64,000 nt of DNA. Source: Glaucostegus cemiculus. Lineage: Eukaryota. Positions within the stretch are counted from its first letter, which is position 1. Each line of letters opens with the position of its first letter. Below the pieces are notes generated by a model. It ran no database searches, was not told the origin of the DNA, and saw nothing but the letters and a program-made list of their open reading frames with translations. The stretch lies in contig CDPCPM010000123.1 in the NCBI GenBank assembly GCA_976551045.1, positions 1,984,001 to 2,048,000 of the forward strand, read 5' to 3'. A program made the translations under genes and the position numbers. This document shows positions 27,601-40,670 of the stretch, piece after piece.

Positions 27601-30052
27601 ATTCTAAGTGCCAGTTCTTTTTAAATCACATTCGTCAGCTCATTTCCCATTTTCCTTATCAAATTATCTTCTCTATTTTGTTCTACATCATAATCTGCTG
27701 AAAGGAAAAAGTAATCTTTCGCCCCCTCTTCTCAATTATCTTAAATCTTTCGCCTCTACTTGTACCTTTAATCACTAGAAATAGTTTCTTGCTGTTTATT
27801 CAATCAAAACCAATAAACCCCAATTAACTGAACAACTGTAAACATCTCACTTTAATCTTCTCCATTCTAAGGATATGACACCCAGCTTCTTGCCACTCAT
27901 GATCATGGCATCATTCTAACAAGCCTGATCTGCACTCTTTGCAAACTTTTCATTCTGTAAAATGCATAACAAAACAAAAAGGCATAGTCAATTTTGATTT
28001 TTTGACCAGCCTAAAGTTTATCTGATGTGTCAAAAAGCTACATAAGTCAAACGAGAACAAGACATTTGGTTGTTGATGCCAAGCATCCAGCATTATACAA
28101 CTTAATATTAAGTACCTGTGTGCATTGTCTTCTTCTGTCACGTCTCATATCATTCTCTGTGGAGGATCCAGCAGCCAAACCAAAGTGTTCTACAATAAGA
28201 AAAATGAATAATTTTAAGTGGATAGTGTAGAAAGTATGTGCATCAGAATCAGACAATATCAATCATCATCCCAATATCATATTGATACTAAAAAAGACAA
28301 CTTTATAGTGAACTATAATTTTATAAACCTTCATCAAACTCTTATGCTTTAGGAAAAGAAATGCATGTCAATAAAGTTAAAAAATCTCAGGCCAATGTCT
28401 GTCACTAACACAAAGTCACGAACTGATAACAATACTTGCACATAATATTCTAATTAGCAGATCTGCTCTGAAACAATACTACTAATGAGATTATTTGGCA
28501 CATCTGCATGTTCAGCAACATGTGTAGACCTTAATTCAATACAAAATCATGAGTGCACAACTTCAGGTTTATTTTCTGTCACACTTATGCAGATTCAATT
28601 TTTTTTTAAACTTTCAGCATTCAAACAGTAATAGCAAATGTTATTCCTACTTCCAACAATAACATTATTGAATCCATCAACCTGCTAGATCCATGCCAGT
28701 TAATTCAACCAACTGGTAAAGTAAAAGCATAGAAGTATGGGCATCTTACTTTCACTGTCTATTAAATTCCCTTTCCACTGAATGGCATTAAAGCACACTT
28801 TTGTAAAATTCCAGTTTGTTTCTTTTATGTTAGTTTTAGAAAATGCATATTATTTGCCAGTAAGCAACTAAAAGAAATGTCAAACATTTGTGAAAAGTTT
28901 AGCTAAATGCAGCCAAATCTTCCATTTTTCTAACTGCACCTGATGTTGTACAAGAACAAGTTAGTTTCATCAACCCAGCAGAGTAAATTACAACATCATT
29001 GGCAGATATGAGATTTGAAGCTGGTTACATTATCGACAGTTTAATCTTGCTTTCATGCATTGTGCAACATTATATTTTTTTTAATGAAACTACCGACCCT
29101 CTGCAATAAAAGCTACTCTTAAAATGGGATACAGACAAATTACTGTCCTAAACAACTCCCAAATTTTCTTTAACTCTCAGTAAAAGCTCAGCACTCAAAT
29201 TATTTTCTGTCCCCAAAACTGCACCTTGCTCGGTGTTATGCAAGAGGGGATACATCTCATAACAACAAAAGAACTCAAAAATACCATTCAATTTGGTGGA
29301 GTCACCCAATTCCATTCAGTCCTCCATTTTCTTCTCATTTCAATATTTGGTTGCTGTTTGAAAGATGTGTTTCTATTAATGTGCCTGAACATTAGCGTCA
29401 ACGATGAATAACCCAGTATATTGGGCCTCTAACAGCAGTGTTAAAATAACATGCTATAAAGTAAAATCAGGAGTAATGCATTTGCATTTTTTGTATCTTA
29501 GTAGCTCATGACTGATCTGTAACTGCTCTCTTTAATTCACTCATAGAATAAGGACATGACAGACAAAACTAGCATTTATTTTAGACTCCCATTCTTGCTG
29601 GAGATGATGAGCTGACTTCTTGAACTATTGCAGTCCCATGGTGCTTTAATGCAGCGTTCCAGAATTTTGAAGAAAGAGCAAACTATTACCTTAGCATGCA
29701 ACTTGAATATCAACATCACTCTCGTCCTGCTTCCCTTTTTCTTCAAAGCTAGTGGAGGTCATGGTTTACAAAGTGCTATTGAATAAGTCCTGGCAAATTG
29801 CTCAATTCCAATGTCCCTCATAACTTTCCCCAACCATGTCTTGAAAATACTAATGGATTGTCATTCATATACAGGGGCAAGGATTCCAAACATCAACTTG
29901 GTAGTGTACAAATAAAACACATCCTGACTTCACTCCTAGATGCCATTGCTCCCATTTCTGTTTTGAATTTCCCACTAGAGAATTTTTTTTCCGTGCCCTT
30001 TAAGGAATTCCTTTATTACTTTAAATACTATAATATTAATCATCTTTTCAAC

Positions 30053-30120
30053 TCAGAATCAGTTTTATTGTCACAACCATATACATACATAGTATGTATA
30101 TATGCATATAGTATGCAGGA
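30053..30120 (-). mobile_element. Very short 3' end of the Rex1-like element
   Basis: TCAGAATCAGTTTTATTGTCACAACCATATACATACATAGTATG is the reverse complement of 4327-4371. Confidence 0.85.
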
Positions 30121-30591
30121 ACTCGAAGGAATAACAGCCAAGTTTGAGGTACTATCCCCATAAACAAACCTTTTAAGCCTCTAGTTTGCAGGATTAATTC
30201 CAAACTAGAAGTCTTTTTAATTTATGGATTTTCCAGAATCTGGACATCGGTGGCAAAGTCAGCATATATTGCCCATCTATATCTGCCCTCGAGGCTTGTG
30301 GTGAGTCATCATCTTGTACCTCTATTCATTATAACCAACTTGACAAATGAATATCAATGTTTAGTGAGAATATCCAATTTGAAATAAGGCAAACTCTGAT
30401 GAAGTCCACATGGGTTAGAAAGACGTTAACAAAATAAACAGATCATTTCAGCAACAGGTGTGGAAAAACAGTTGAAATAGTTTAACTGCTAACAGAAAAA
30501 TAGGACACAGGTATATTAACTGTAAAAGATGGCAAATATCACCTTATAAAAAAGGTTTGCATATAAAGCAAGAAGTTGTGTTAAAGAAAAA

Positions 30592-31104
30592 TCAGAAATC
30601 AGAATCAGTTTTATTGTCACAACCATATACATACATAGTATGCATAGGAGCGAGATACCATCCTCCTCAGGTGCTCGTCCCATTAAATAACCAACAGAGA
30701 CACACAGACACACTTAACAGAATAAACATTAAAAAACATTAAACATTAAAAACTACGGAAGTTAAAATTAAATTAATACGTAGATTAAATTAAAAATGGC
30801 CGGAAAATAAATAAATAGTTATTAAAGTGAATGGGCTGGTGGCGGGCATTTAAAGTGCTGGTGCATTTCTGTGCACCTAGCATCTCTTAGTGTTAACAAG
30901 GAAGATGGAGGGATGAGAGAGTTTGCAGTTCTGATGGCTTGTGGAAAGAAGCTATTGTTCAGCCTGGTCGTTCTTGCCCTGATACATTTAAGCCTCCTCC
31001 CTGATGGCAAAATTGTAAAGAGGTGATGGGAGGGGTGAGAAGGGTCGGCCATTATGCTTTTGGTCTTCCTCACACAACGGTCTTTGTATATGTCTGCGAG
31101 GGAT
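30592..31104 (-). mobile_element. 5'-truncated Rex1-like copy (ORF C-terminus and 3' UTR)
   Basis: ORF 30822-31073 RKTKSIMADPSHPSHHLFTILPSGRRLKCIRARTTRLNNSFF is essentially identical to the 2781-4376 copy. Confidence 0.9.
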
Positions 31105-31859
31105 ATGGTTTTGCCACAATTTAACCAATACTTAAATATAGGAAATATTAAAACAATGGAAAATAGTTAAGATTGTCTAGAATGGTACCTCGATTGAATA
31201 ACTTACAAGTTATTTCAATGAAGACTAACTCCCTTCCCCCACCTCACTGAAACAGATTAACTTAAAAAAAACAAAAGAGCAACATTAGCACATTATGCAG
31301 GATTTCAAAGTAAACCATAAAAGATCATTTCCACTTTTTGGGGAACTGATAGCAAAAACAATAAACACACCGCAAAGGTAGCTACATACAAGACAGAAAA
31401 CAAAATCACCTGTGGGAAACCATAAGATTCCCTACCACCCGCTGAAGAAAATACATTAGTGGATTCTGAGGAAGAGTTACAAATCATCTTGGATAAACGT
31501 TCGGTTGGCTACACCATGCATTTGTCACGGAGGGAGTAGGGAAAGGTAATTCCAACTGAATCCAGACACTGGCAAATTCTTGATATTAGCATCATTCTAT
31601 TTTGTCAGAGAAAAGCACGAGACCTCATTGCAACATGCTGATCCAAGAAATGGATCCTTCACCTTGCATCATTGTAGAGAGAGATAGATCAAAAGAAGGT
31701 TCAGATCATGAATCCATTATTGTTCCAATGAATGTAGGACTGACTACTGCCTAATCTGCTCTGTTATCTCCATTAGCCAACCCCAAAACAAAAAGAATCA
31801 CTGCTGCATGAAAATCAGTGTTGTATGCCTTAAGGGCCCAGCAAAGGTAATTCTATGCA

Positions 31860-32100
31860 CTTCACAGACTAGCCCAAACCAATATATGTTGCAGACTGCA
31901 TTGCACAGCAAACAATTTAGTCTAGCTTTACCACTACCTCAAATCAACAAATCATAAAAAGACATACTTCAAACGAACAACAAGACATCAAGGGTAGATG
32001 GTATCCCTGAAAAAGTTTTAAAACTTGGTAGACAGGAGCTTTAGTTTCAAATTTACATTCCCATGTCCTACATGGAGGAAGAGATGACATGCCAGGAAGC
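31860..32100 (+). mobile_element. RTE-like LINE fragment
   Basis: AAGACATCAAGGGTAGATGGTATCCCTGAAAAAGTTTTAAAACTTGG (K..G.DGIP..V.K.G), parallel to ~17595-17645. Confidence 0.5.
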
Positions 32101-33599
32101 TTCGAGCATCCTCGGGAGATTCCTTACTACTTCACTGTAGTTGCTGTCTTGGTCATTTCAAGATACAATTTCCTCCATTACATACATTTTATCATAACTG
32201 CTTCTTAACCACCCTTGCTGAAATACATGATCTTTTTTGCTTGGACAGTTTTCAATTAAGTGAAGTTGCTCATGATTACATATATTCAGATACTAACACT
32301 TGGCTTCTGACGTTGTTCACTGGTGGTTTGGTAACTGCAACCTGGTTGCAATTTTTAGCCAATTAAAAGCCAAGTTAAGCATGGTTTGAATGTCACCTCT
32401 GGAAACCTACAATAATTTTTTTTTAACTGCTTATGGAGAATTCAGCAGAAACTATCCCAATTAAGTCTTCCACCTGCTTATTCATTTGTAACGAACTATT
32501 TTGCTTTGAATTTTCTTCAGATATTGATTCAATACAGCCCACCTCTATTTTTGCTTCAGATCAAAAGCTATCCCTCCTACTGGAATATCTCTTCTATCTC
32601 CCCTTTAAAAAGCCTGCACCACTTGGAATTGGGAAAACCATGTGTTTGGGATTACAATCATAATTGCCTCCCATCAGATGGAACTCGCATCTTAGTTTTA
32701 ATTTTTAATCATATTGTTTGCTTTCATCTTGATAAGTGTGTGGATTCAACATGTGGATTTAATTTTCCTAGTTTAGATTTTCATCCATCTGCAGCCAGCA
32801 GCTTATACTGAAACTTCAGCCATGTTTTGCAAAGTATTAAATAATCAAGTTAAAGCATTCTCTAGATATCAATATTTACCGACAGCTCTGCTTACTATAC
32901 TTTTACTCAGTAAATCTGGATACCAAATAGCAACATAAATTAATATTTGTTATATTACTTGGTACATACAGAGAGGGTACAAGGAAATTGGTTCTGGATG
33001 CATATCAACAGGATTTGGCAGCATAACGCCGCAGTCTGATCCTGATCTGACTCCAGAATCCACAAAGGAAGCCTTACATCAAATGACATTCTGTGGAATA
33101 CAACTCCTGTTGTGTGAAATCAAATTCAATAAATGTTTATTGGATCTCCAGGGTAAGTAATGAACTTATCTTACAAGATAACAGACTTGCCCACTTTCAG
33201 CCTAGTGAAATTAAAAGATCTGTGCATACGCTTTGTTGGCTAAGCTTTGCTTTCTGCAGCGAAAGCTTTCAGAGGTTAGGTTAACCACAATGAAGGCATT
33301 ACAGTACAGAATCAATACAAAATTAAAAATAAGCCTTATACCTGCAATATCACAAGCATACATCAGTTACAGTCACAAATTTTAATCTCTCCAAGCTATT
33401 TTTAAGAGTAATAATATAAATGATCTAAATTTTAAAAAAATTCTCACCAAAGGCAGTTTAAAGTTAATGGAATGCAAGACTGTATTTGAAATAAAATCAC
33501 TACTGCTAGCATTGAAGAGGTTTCAAAACCTTTTTCTTAAAAGTTTTCAGCCAACAAAATCCCACATATTTTACTACTGAAGCAAAATCCTGAAAAGAC

Positions 33600-33800
33600 T
33601 TTGGCAGGTTGGTAGGTTAACTAGCCACTGTAAATTGCCCCTACTGCATGGGCAAGTGATAGAATCTTGGATAAATTGATGACAAGAAAAAAAACGGGAT
33701 TAATGCAGAATTGGTGTAAAAATGGGTGGTTGATGGTTGGCTCATCCTCAGTGGGTCGAAAGGAGTTTCCATGCTGTCTCTCTCTCCATGGCTGTGACTA
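33600..33800 (+). mobile_element. V-SINE/HE1-like SINE, 3' part with CR1-derived tail
   Basis: GGTTGGTAGGTTAACTAGCCACTGTAAATTGCCCCTA (V-domain-like) and the tail GTGGGTCGAAAGG...GTTTCCATGCTGT. Confidence 0.65.
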
Positions 33801-35384
33801 CAATTGCAGCAGTCAATCAGCTTAAAAGCAAAACATTTTAAAACCAAGCTTCTTCTCTCTATTTGGAACTTTTATTAGGCCTTCTATTGCTGTTCACCAA
33901 CATTATCAACATTCGCCACACCCATTAGCTAAAAAACACAAGCTAGTTTTCTCTCCAGCTCATCCTAGAATATTTCAGATATTAATGTTTTTTCAGTACT
34001 GCATTTATCTGTTAGTCACAATTAGATTTCATTGAGAACAAAGCAGACTACTGAAATCATTAATTTTGAAGTCTGCTTCAACTCTGTATAAAGTACATCT
34101 TTCACTCACCTACAAAAGTAATTCCTTGTTGTAGAGGCTAATTATTGGAGACATTTAAAAAGGTAGATAAATGTTGAAAGATTAGGGAATTGAGGGCCAA
34201 TGGGAACTGGCACAGAAGAGATGAGACCTGTGACAGACCAGCCATTACCATATGGAATGGCAGGGGAGGCTCGAGGACTGAGTGGCCTACTCGTGCTATT
34301 TTCTTACATTCTTAGAAATACTGAAACAGTTTTCATTTGTCCCTAATGAGTAAATGCAAGAGCAAGATATGAAACTGTCTGGGGAAAGAAAATGTGTTGC
34401 AAGACCAATGCAACCACATCCACTGAAAACTATCTAGTGCTAAGTAGTAAAGATATTTCAGATTTCCAACATTCAAAACTATCAATTTAGCTCAACCATA
34501 ATTTCTTTACCATATTAGATGTCTTGTATACATTTTCCCAAAAGTTAAAATAATAAATCTGAAAGATCTTTGCTAAAATAAGTGACAATATCTAAATCAC
34601 TTATTAGATAAACTATCTGACATCACGTAGCTAGATACGTAGGAATCACTTTAGGAACTCAGTTTTAGGAGCATCTTACATTTCAGGGTTTGGACAAAAT
34701 GTTTGATGTTAAATGTACAGTTCTATGTTAAAATATACCCAAAATAATAAGTAGTGATAGGAAAATGGCAATTTAAATTTAGTGCAAGAAGTTTCATATT
34801 TTGGCATGGAGAAGCATGTTCTATCATCGGCATGGCAAAGAGCAACATAAAATACGTTCTGTGGTTGGGAAATATCTTTATATGCTAAAGAACAATACTA
34901 CAGTGAGTAAAACCTAACTTTGCTGCATTTACATTTGCTCAATTACTTCTATTTAACTTGAATGCCCATAACATTATTTGGGGACCTAAGTCTGAAAAGC
35001 AATGAAATTACATTATTGAAGTACAACAAGTGATATTTAAATACCTTGGATAACATAATATTATGCAAACATTAAATAAGATTTGCCAAACTTAATTAAC
35101 AACCCATCACCTCTCTCTCTCTCTCACCCCCCAAACAAAATAACACCCTATTTGTATAAAACAAATACACAAAAGGAAAAAACAAAAATTTAAATCACCA
35201 GATAAAACCTAACTAGTCTGAAGAGTTACGTTATCCATGATCAGGTTCTGGATGGTTTCACACACAAAAAAAAACAATGGCATATTTCCTATTTGAGAAA
35301 CTGATAGCAGGTGCAAGATCTCAAACCGCAGACTGGGGCAATGTTTAGGTCAAATAATTCAAGTCACATCAAACCAGAAAGACA

Positions 35385-36325
35385 AGCAAAACAATAAATG
35401 ACTAAGAACTCAGCTGATCAAGCAGCATCTGTGGAGGCGAAAGGGTCACGTTGACATTTAGGGCCGAGATCTAAATACTACTGGGGGGGGCGAGGAAAGG
35501 CATGAAAGATGACTGGGATAGAGAAATGAAGGAGGAGTGGGACAGGAGCTGGTATATAAGTGGAACTAGAGGAGGAAGAGAATGATAGGCAGATGGAGGC
35601 AGGTGGGGGAAGGGATAGAAAAAGGTAAACAAAGGGTGAAAAAACCTGGGTGGACTGGTACCTGAAAATTTGAAAATTCAATGTTCATGTCACTGGGTTG
35701 TAAGCTGCCCATGTGGAATGTGTGTTGTTGTTCTCATCTGCATTTGGCCTCATCGTAGCAGTGGAGCTGTCACCAATGTAGAGACTCCACATCATGTGCA
35801 CTGAATGCAATAGACCAGGTTGAAAGAGGTACACATGAATCTCTGCTTTGAACACTGGATGATGGTAGAGAAGATGTGAAGGGACAAATGTTGCAACTCC
35901 TAGTTGAAAGTATTGAAACTGCCAGGAAACAGAGAGGGGTGGGTAGGTGGGAAGGCATGAGCAGATCAGAGAATAACAGAGAGAGTGGTCCCTGCAGAAA
36001 GGAGAGAGAGGGCAATACGAGACTGCTGGTAGGATCTGTGACAGAATAAACTAACAAAAGTGGCAAAGGGTGATACGTTGGATGCGGAGACTAGTGGGGT
36101 GTGGGGGGATGGGGGGAAGAAGGCAAGGAGCAAGGGAACTCCATCTGTTCTGTTGGGGGGGTGGTGGTGGTGAGAGCAGACATGCAGGAAATGGAGGAAA
36201 TGTGTGCAAGGGCTCCATCAACTACAACAAAAGGGAAGCCATGTTTCTGGAAGGCAGAAGTTAATCAAACAGCATCTTGTTACCTGACCTGTTGCAGACA
36301 GCCAGCAATTTTCTCTTTTCCAGTG
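35385..36325 (-). mobile_element. Penelope-like element remnant (CxxC linker + GIY-YIG endonuclease, pLTRs)
   Basis: On the minus strand, with frameshifts: RSCNICPFTSSL...KQRFMCTSFNLVYCIQCT*CG..LYIG...GSLQPSDMNIEFSNFQ. pLTR at 35385-35470 and an inverted pLTR piece at ~36265-36325. Confidence 0.8.
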
Positions 36326-36499
36326 CTGCACTACTTTGCTTCTAAATCTCATACACAGCGTCAGATTCAAAGAATCTTTCCTTCCAATCAACATAGATGA
36401 AGACATTTGCCAATGACAATCTGAGCCAATGCCAGCATAGCCTCAATGGGTTATATGACCTCATTCTATGCCAAATCAATTTTATGATTGCACTATGCG

Positions 36500-37250
36500 C
36501 ATTTCTCTTTGCAGCTCCTCAGATAATGAAGCAATCCAAGCGTGCATACAGCAAGACCTGAATAATACCCAGGCAGGCCTGATAAGGGGCTAGTATAACA
36601 CTGGTATTCAGTGATGACCAGCTTCAAAAGTTTTCACCACCTATCACTGGCGTTTAAGGGTATTACTGTCTCCACCATCAATATCATGGGAGTCAATGAC
36701 ATGAAAACTAAATATCCACTGGTATTATAGCTACAAGAGCCAGTCAAAAGCAGTTTATTTTTTTGGTGAGTGACTCAACTGCAAACTCCTTCAAGCCACA
36801 GTACACTCTCCACTTGCCTGGATGAGTGCAGATACACCAGTTCTCAAGCAGCTTTGTACCAAAGTAGCCCTTATGACTGTCATCCCATCTTCCATCCTAT
36901 TTATTCACTCCTGTTCACACAGGCACAGTCTGCCTGCAGCCCAATTCATCTACAGTTACTCTACAAAGCTTCACTGCCATCAACTCTCAATCCCATGAGC
37001 TCAGCCACTTAGGATAAGATCAACAGTGACAGGGAAACACCATCTGCAAAGCTCTCTCAGGATCACACAAAATTCTGCTTTAGAAACATTGCCATTATCT
37101 AAATATTACAACTCCCCAACAAAAACCCTGTATATCACCACCAATGGACTCCTGCCGTACTGCCTCAAAAGCACCTTCAAAGCCAATTCAGGATGGCCAA
37201 TAAATACTGGCTTTGCCAACAATGCTTAAGTTCCATACAAGACAATTAGC
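36500..37250 (+). mobile_element. Ancient CR1-group LINE 3' fragment
   Basis: CTCCTCAGATAATGAAGCAATCC...CAGCAAGACCTG and the terminus AATAAATACTGGCTTTGCCAACAATG. Related pieces at ~24560-24720, ~29520-29810 (-) and ~30240-30320 (-). Confidence 0.55.
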
Positions 37251-39306
37251 TTTACAAGGAACACATTAGACTGGTTTTATTCATCACTATTCTGAGTCAA
37301 AGTAGGCAGATTCATGGCAAACAAAGCTTTATGGTTATATTTGGTTAACAGGTTATAGAAAACACTAGGGAGCTTTCCAAATACTCAAACATCCCCATTG
37401 CTGTTCTCACTAATTTATTATTTTAACCACAAGGTGCTGAAAAAGAGACTTTTCCAAATTTGCGTGCATTCTCAAAATGCTCAAGATAATGTTTTGAATA
37501 GAAATTGCAAATTTGCTATTGCAAATATAACATGAAAATTATTCCACAGTGCACCATTGTTGAAAGTTTCAAGTTAATAAAATTTGCATCTACCTAATCT
37601 ACTCTAAATGATTCATCTGATAGCAGTCATAGAAAACACAGATAACCTTTATTGATTTAGTAGGTACAGTATCTTTTCTCCCTCCATTACCTCTTTTTGC
37701 TTCAGAACTTTAATGAAACATTTTGTTCTTCAGTACATTACTCGTGCTCTACAAAAGGGACATATCACCTCTGATAATACATCAAAATAGACTCACTCTA
37801 GGATGCAAACTGGACATTTTTTTTGAAGGAGTGTTACAGTGGCAAATATGCAACTTTTCTGAAGGCATGTTCAATGGAGCCAACATGCCTGTACAGATAA
37901 ATTTAAAAGGAATTCTACAGTATTACACAAAAAAAGAAAGTCTCTTGATAATTGTTTCTTCATCATGTCAAAGTAACTAAGCATTTCATTTACACATAGG
38001 ATGGTGTGATGCTATTGTCACTCAAAATCGCATAATTCAAATTTTGCAAAAACTTTTCTACCTGATAAGTTTACCCATTTCATTTGTCTCATAACAATTT
38101 ACAGCAATCAAACATTTTAACATAACATTTTTTAGAAAGTGAAATTCCCATTGATGTGAAGTATGCTCACCAAAATGGAATACTATCAAAGTATAAAAAA
38201 GCATTCACAGTAGGGAAAAATCTGATTAAACAAGGATGGCGAGAGAAATGAAAAAAAAACATACATGTCAAATATGATTTTGTGGTCAGTCATGTCAAAA
38301 TTACAAATTGCACATTAAATCCAGCTCTGTTCACACATTTTTTAAATTATTTTAATTTGGCAACCATGTCAGCACATTTAATACGCTGTATAACTGTGAT
38401 AATAAAAAAATGTATACAGGGAAAATTAACGAAACAAGCTCTTATTAGCTCCTGCAGTTCTGTGTAGTTACCAACATGCTAAGAGTTCACACTCCTGAAT
38501 TTGTGAAAGCAAAAAATCACATTTTCACTGTCAGCAAGACTTCTGAAACTAAATGAAGATTACAATTAAACATTGTGCACTGTGCTTTACCAACAGACCA
38601 GAAATCAACAAAGTTATATTTTGCTTTTTTAGCTACCATGTGTTCACAGTTAGAATAAATTGTGACTAATACATAATGACTTCAGAACTAAAATACAGTT
38701 CAAATAGGTTGATTCATTTTGACTGGCAGCCATCCTGAGCACAGTTAAAGGTATGATCTTACTGAATGTTTCATTTAGCAAGTTTACTTAAATGAACACA
38801 ACTTCAAATTTTACAGAATTTGATTCTAGAAGTATACATGAACATAAAACTTCTCTCCAAAAAAGCACAACTCATAACATGCCTCACTCAGCACTAACTT
38901 ATCTGTTGCATGATAACAAAGTTATTATTTTATATGACGATGTTTTTTTTCCTTCTGTTGCTCTGATCATAAGTACTTCTCCAAACCTAGTCATAAATAG
39001 TTTCTATTGCTTTTTGGCCATTATCTTCTGTACCAGAACTCTGTTCTTCCAATGCCACGTTAAAATTCTTGGTAGATTTCTTGAGACAAATGGCAAGGAA
39101 TTAGTACTTTTCGATAGGGCTTCCTTTTTGTTACTGAACGAAACATAGGTTAATTTAAAAAAGGTTAATTTAAAAAAAGTATCAATGATCTTACTGAAGT
39201 CATCAGCACAGAATATCCAGTGTCTGACATTATGATGTCAATATTCTGCTCATGCATGTCTATCAAAATATCTTGGCATGGCTCACCTCTGCCACCAGTA
39301 ATAAAA

Positions 39307-39530
39307 ATAGATTGAGGGGAGAGATATCCTGGTCTGCCCTCTGAAGAGCTGGAAAACACACACAAGTTTCCACTGAAAGCCACTAATAATGAATTAATGA
39401 TTAAAATCTCTTGAAATTTATCAGATGAAAGGACATTCTTCAATCACAATTTATTTGAAATCAAAAGAAATTGAAGTTTACTGATAATTGTTCCAAGACA
39501 TATCTCTAAAGCAATGCTAAAGTCAGAATT
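39307..39530 (+). repeat. Unclassified ~200-bp element, copy 1 (copy 2 at 47175-47385)
   Basis: Co-linear similarity GATATCC..GTCTGCCCTCTGA.GA.CTGGAAAA...GTTTCCACT...GAAAGCCAC.AATAATG.ATTAATGATTAAAA...GATGAAAG...TTCCAAGACA.ATC..TAAAGCAAT. Confidence 0.8.
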
Positions 39531-40670
39531 ATTTCCTCAATTAATAATGATGCAATTTTTTTTTTTACACACAAAACCAATCTAAATTGTTAACTTTTGC
39601 CATGATTTCCCCCCCTCCATTTCTATATCTGGAAGGTTACTGAGATATTTGAGAAAACATCAACTCAAAGTTAACCACAGGTTTTAAATAGTGCATGCGA
39701 GTAGCCTTTAATATCCTGAAGATCACTGCTTGAACAGGTCAAGCTTTTAAATTGAAATTTAAGATTATTTGTAGGTCGTTACACAGTGCTGTATACTATC
39801 ATTAGAGCAGCTAAAATTTCACAACTGAAACCAAGCTAAGGCATACATATTCAAGTTATAATTTCTATTTGTGGCATTCAGCCAGATTAGAACATAGCAT
39901 ATTGGACAAGATCAGGGTCAACTACAATGACCCCCAAGAGTTGCCAATAATAACTAAGCACACATTAAAACTCAGCACCCATCCAAATATGCAGTTTATC
40001 CTGCCCTCCCCCAACCAAGCACTCATACAGGTTACTGCGATATCAAACAAATGGGAAATAGTCTCAAACTGTTCTCCAGGGCAATGAAATATAATACCAT
40101 GTAAACTCAAGCAATATAACAAGGAGATGGTAGGCTGATCCAGAAAATTAAGGCACATAGGATCCATGGAGACTTAGTAGACTGGCTTTAAAATTCGCTT
40201 GGCCATTAGAAGACAGAGCGTAGTGGTGGAGTGTTTTTCTGAGTGGAGGTCTGTGACCAGTGATGTTTGGTAAGGATCAATGCTGGGACCTCTGTTTGTG
40301 ATATACAAATAATTTGGTTGGAAATGTAGGTGCAAATTTGCAGGCAACACAAAAATTGTCAGACTTGTGGATAGTGAGGAAGGTTGTCAAAGGAATTAAC
40401 AGGATATAGATCAATTCAAAATGTGGGCAGAGAAATGGCAGATGGAGTTTAATCAAAACAAGTGAGGTGCTGCACTTTAGAGGTCAAATTTAAGAGCAAA
40501 ATATACAGTAAATGGTATGACCCTTAGGAGCATTGAGGTACAGACAGATCCTGGGGTGCAAGTCCATAGCTCCCTTAAAGTGGCAACACAAATAGATAGG
40601 GTGGTAAAGGTGGCATACAGCATAATTGCCTTCATCAGTTGGGGTGCTGAGTAGAAAAGTTGGTAATGTT

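Noticed and set aside
31305-31487. ORF MICNSSSESTNVFSSAGGRESYGFPQ ending at CAG|GTGATT, as a first coding exon
   Set aside because: No recognisable homology and no convincing upstream acceptor. The TTTCCCACAG|G site reads equally well as an acceptor.
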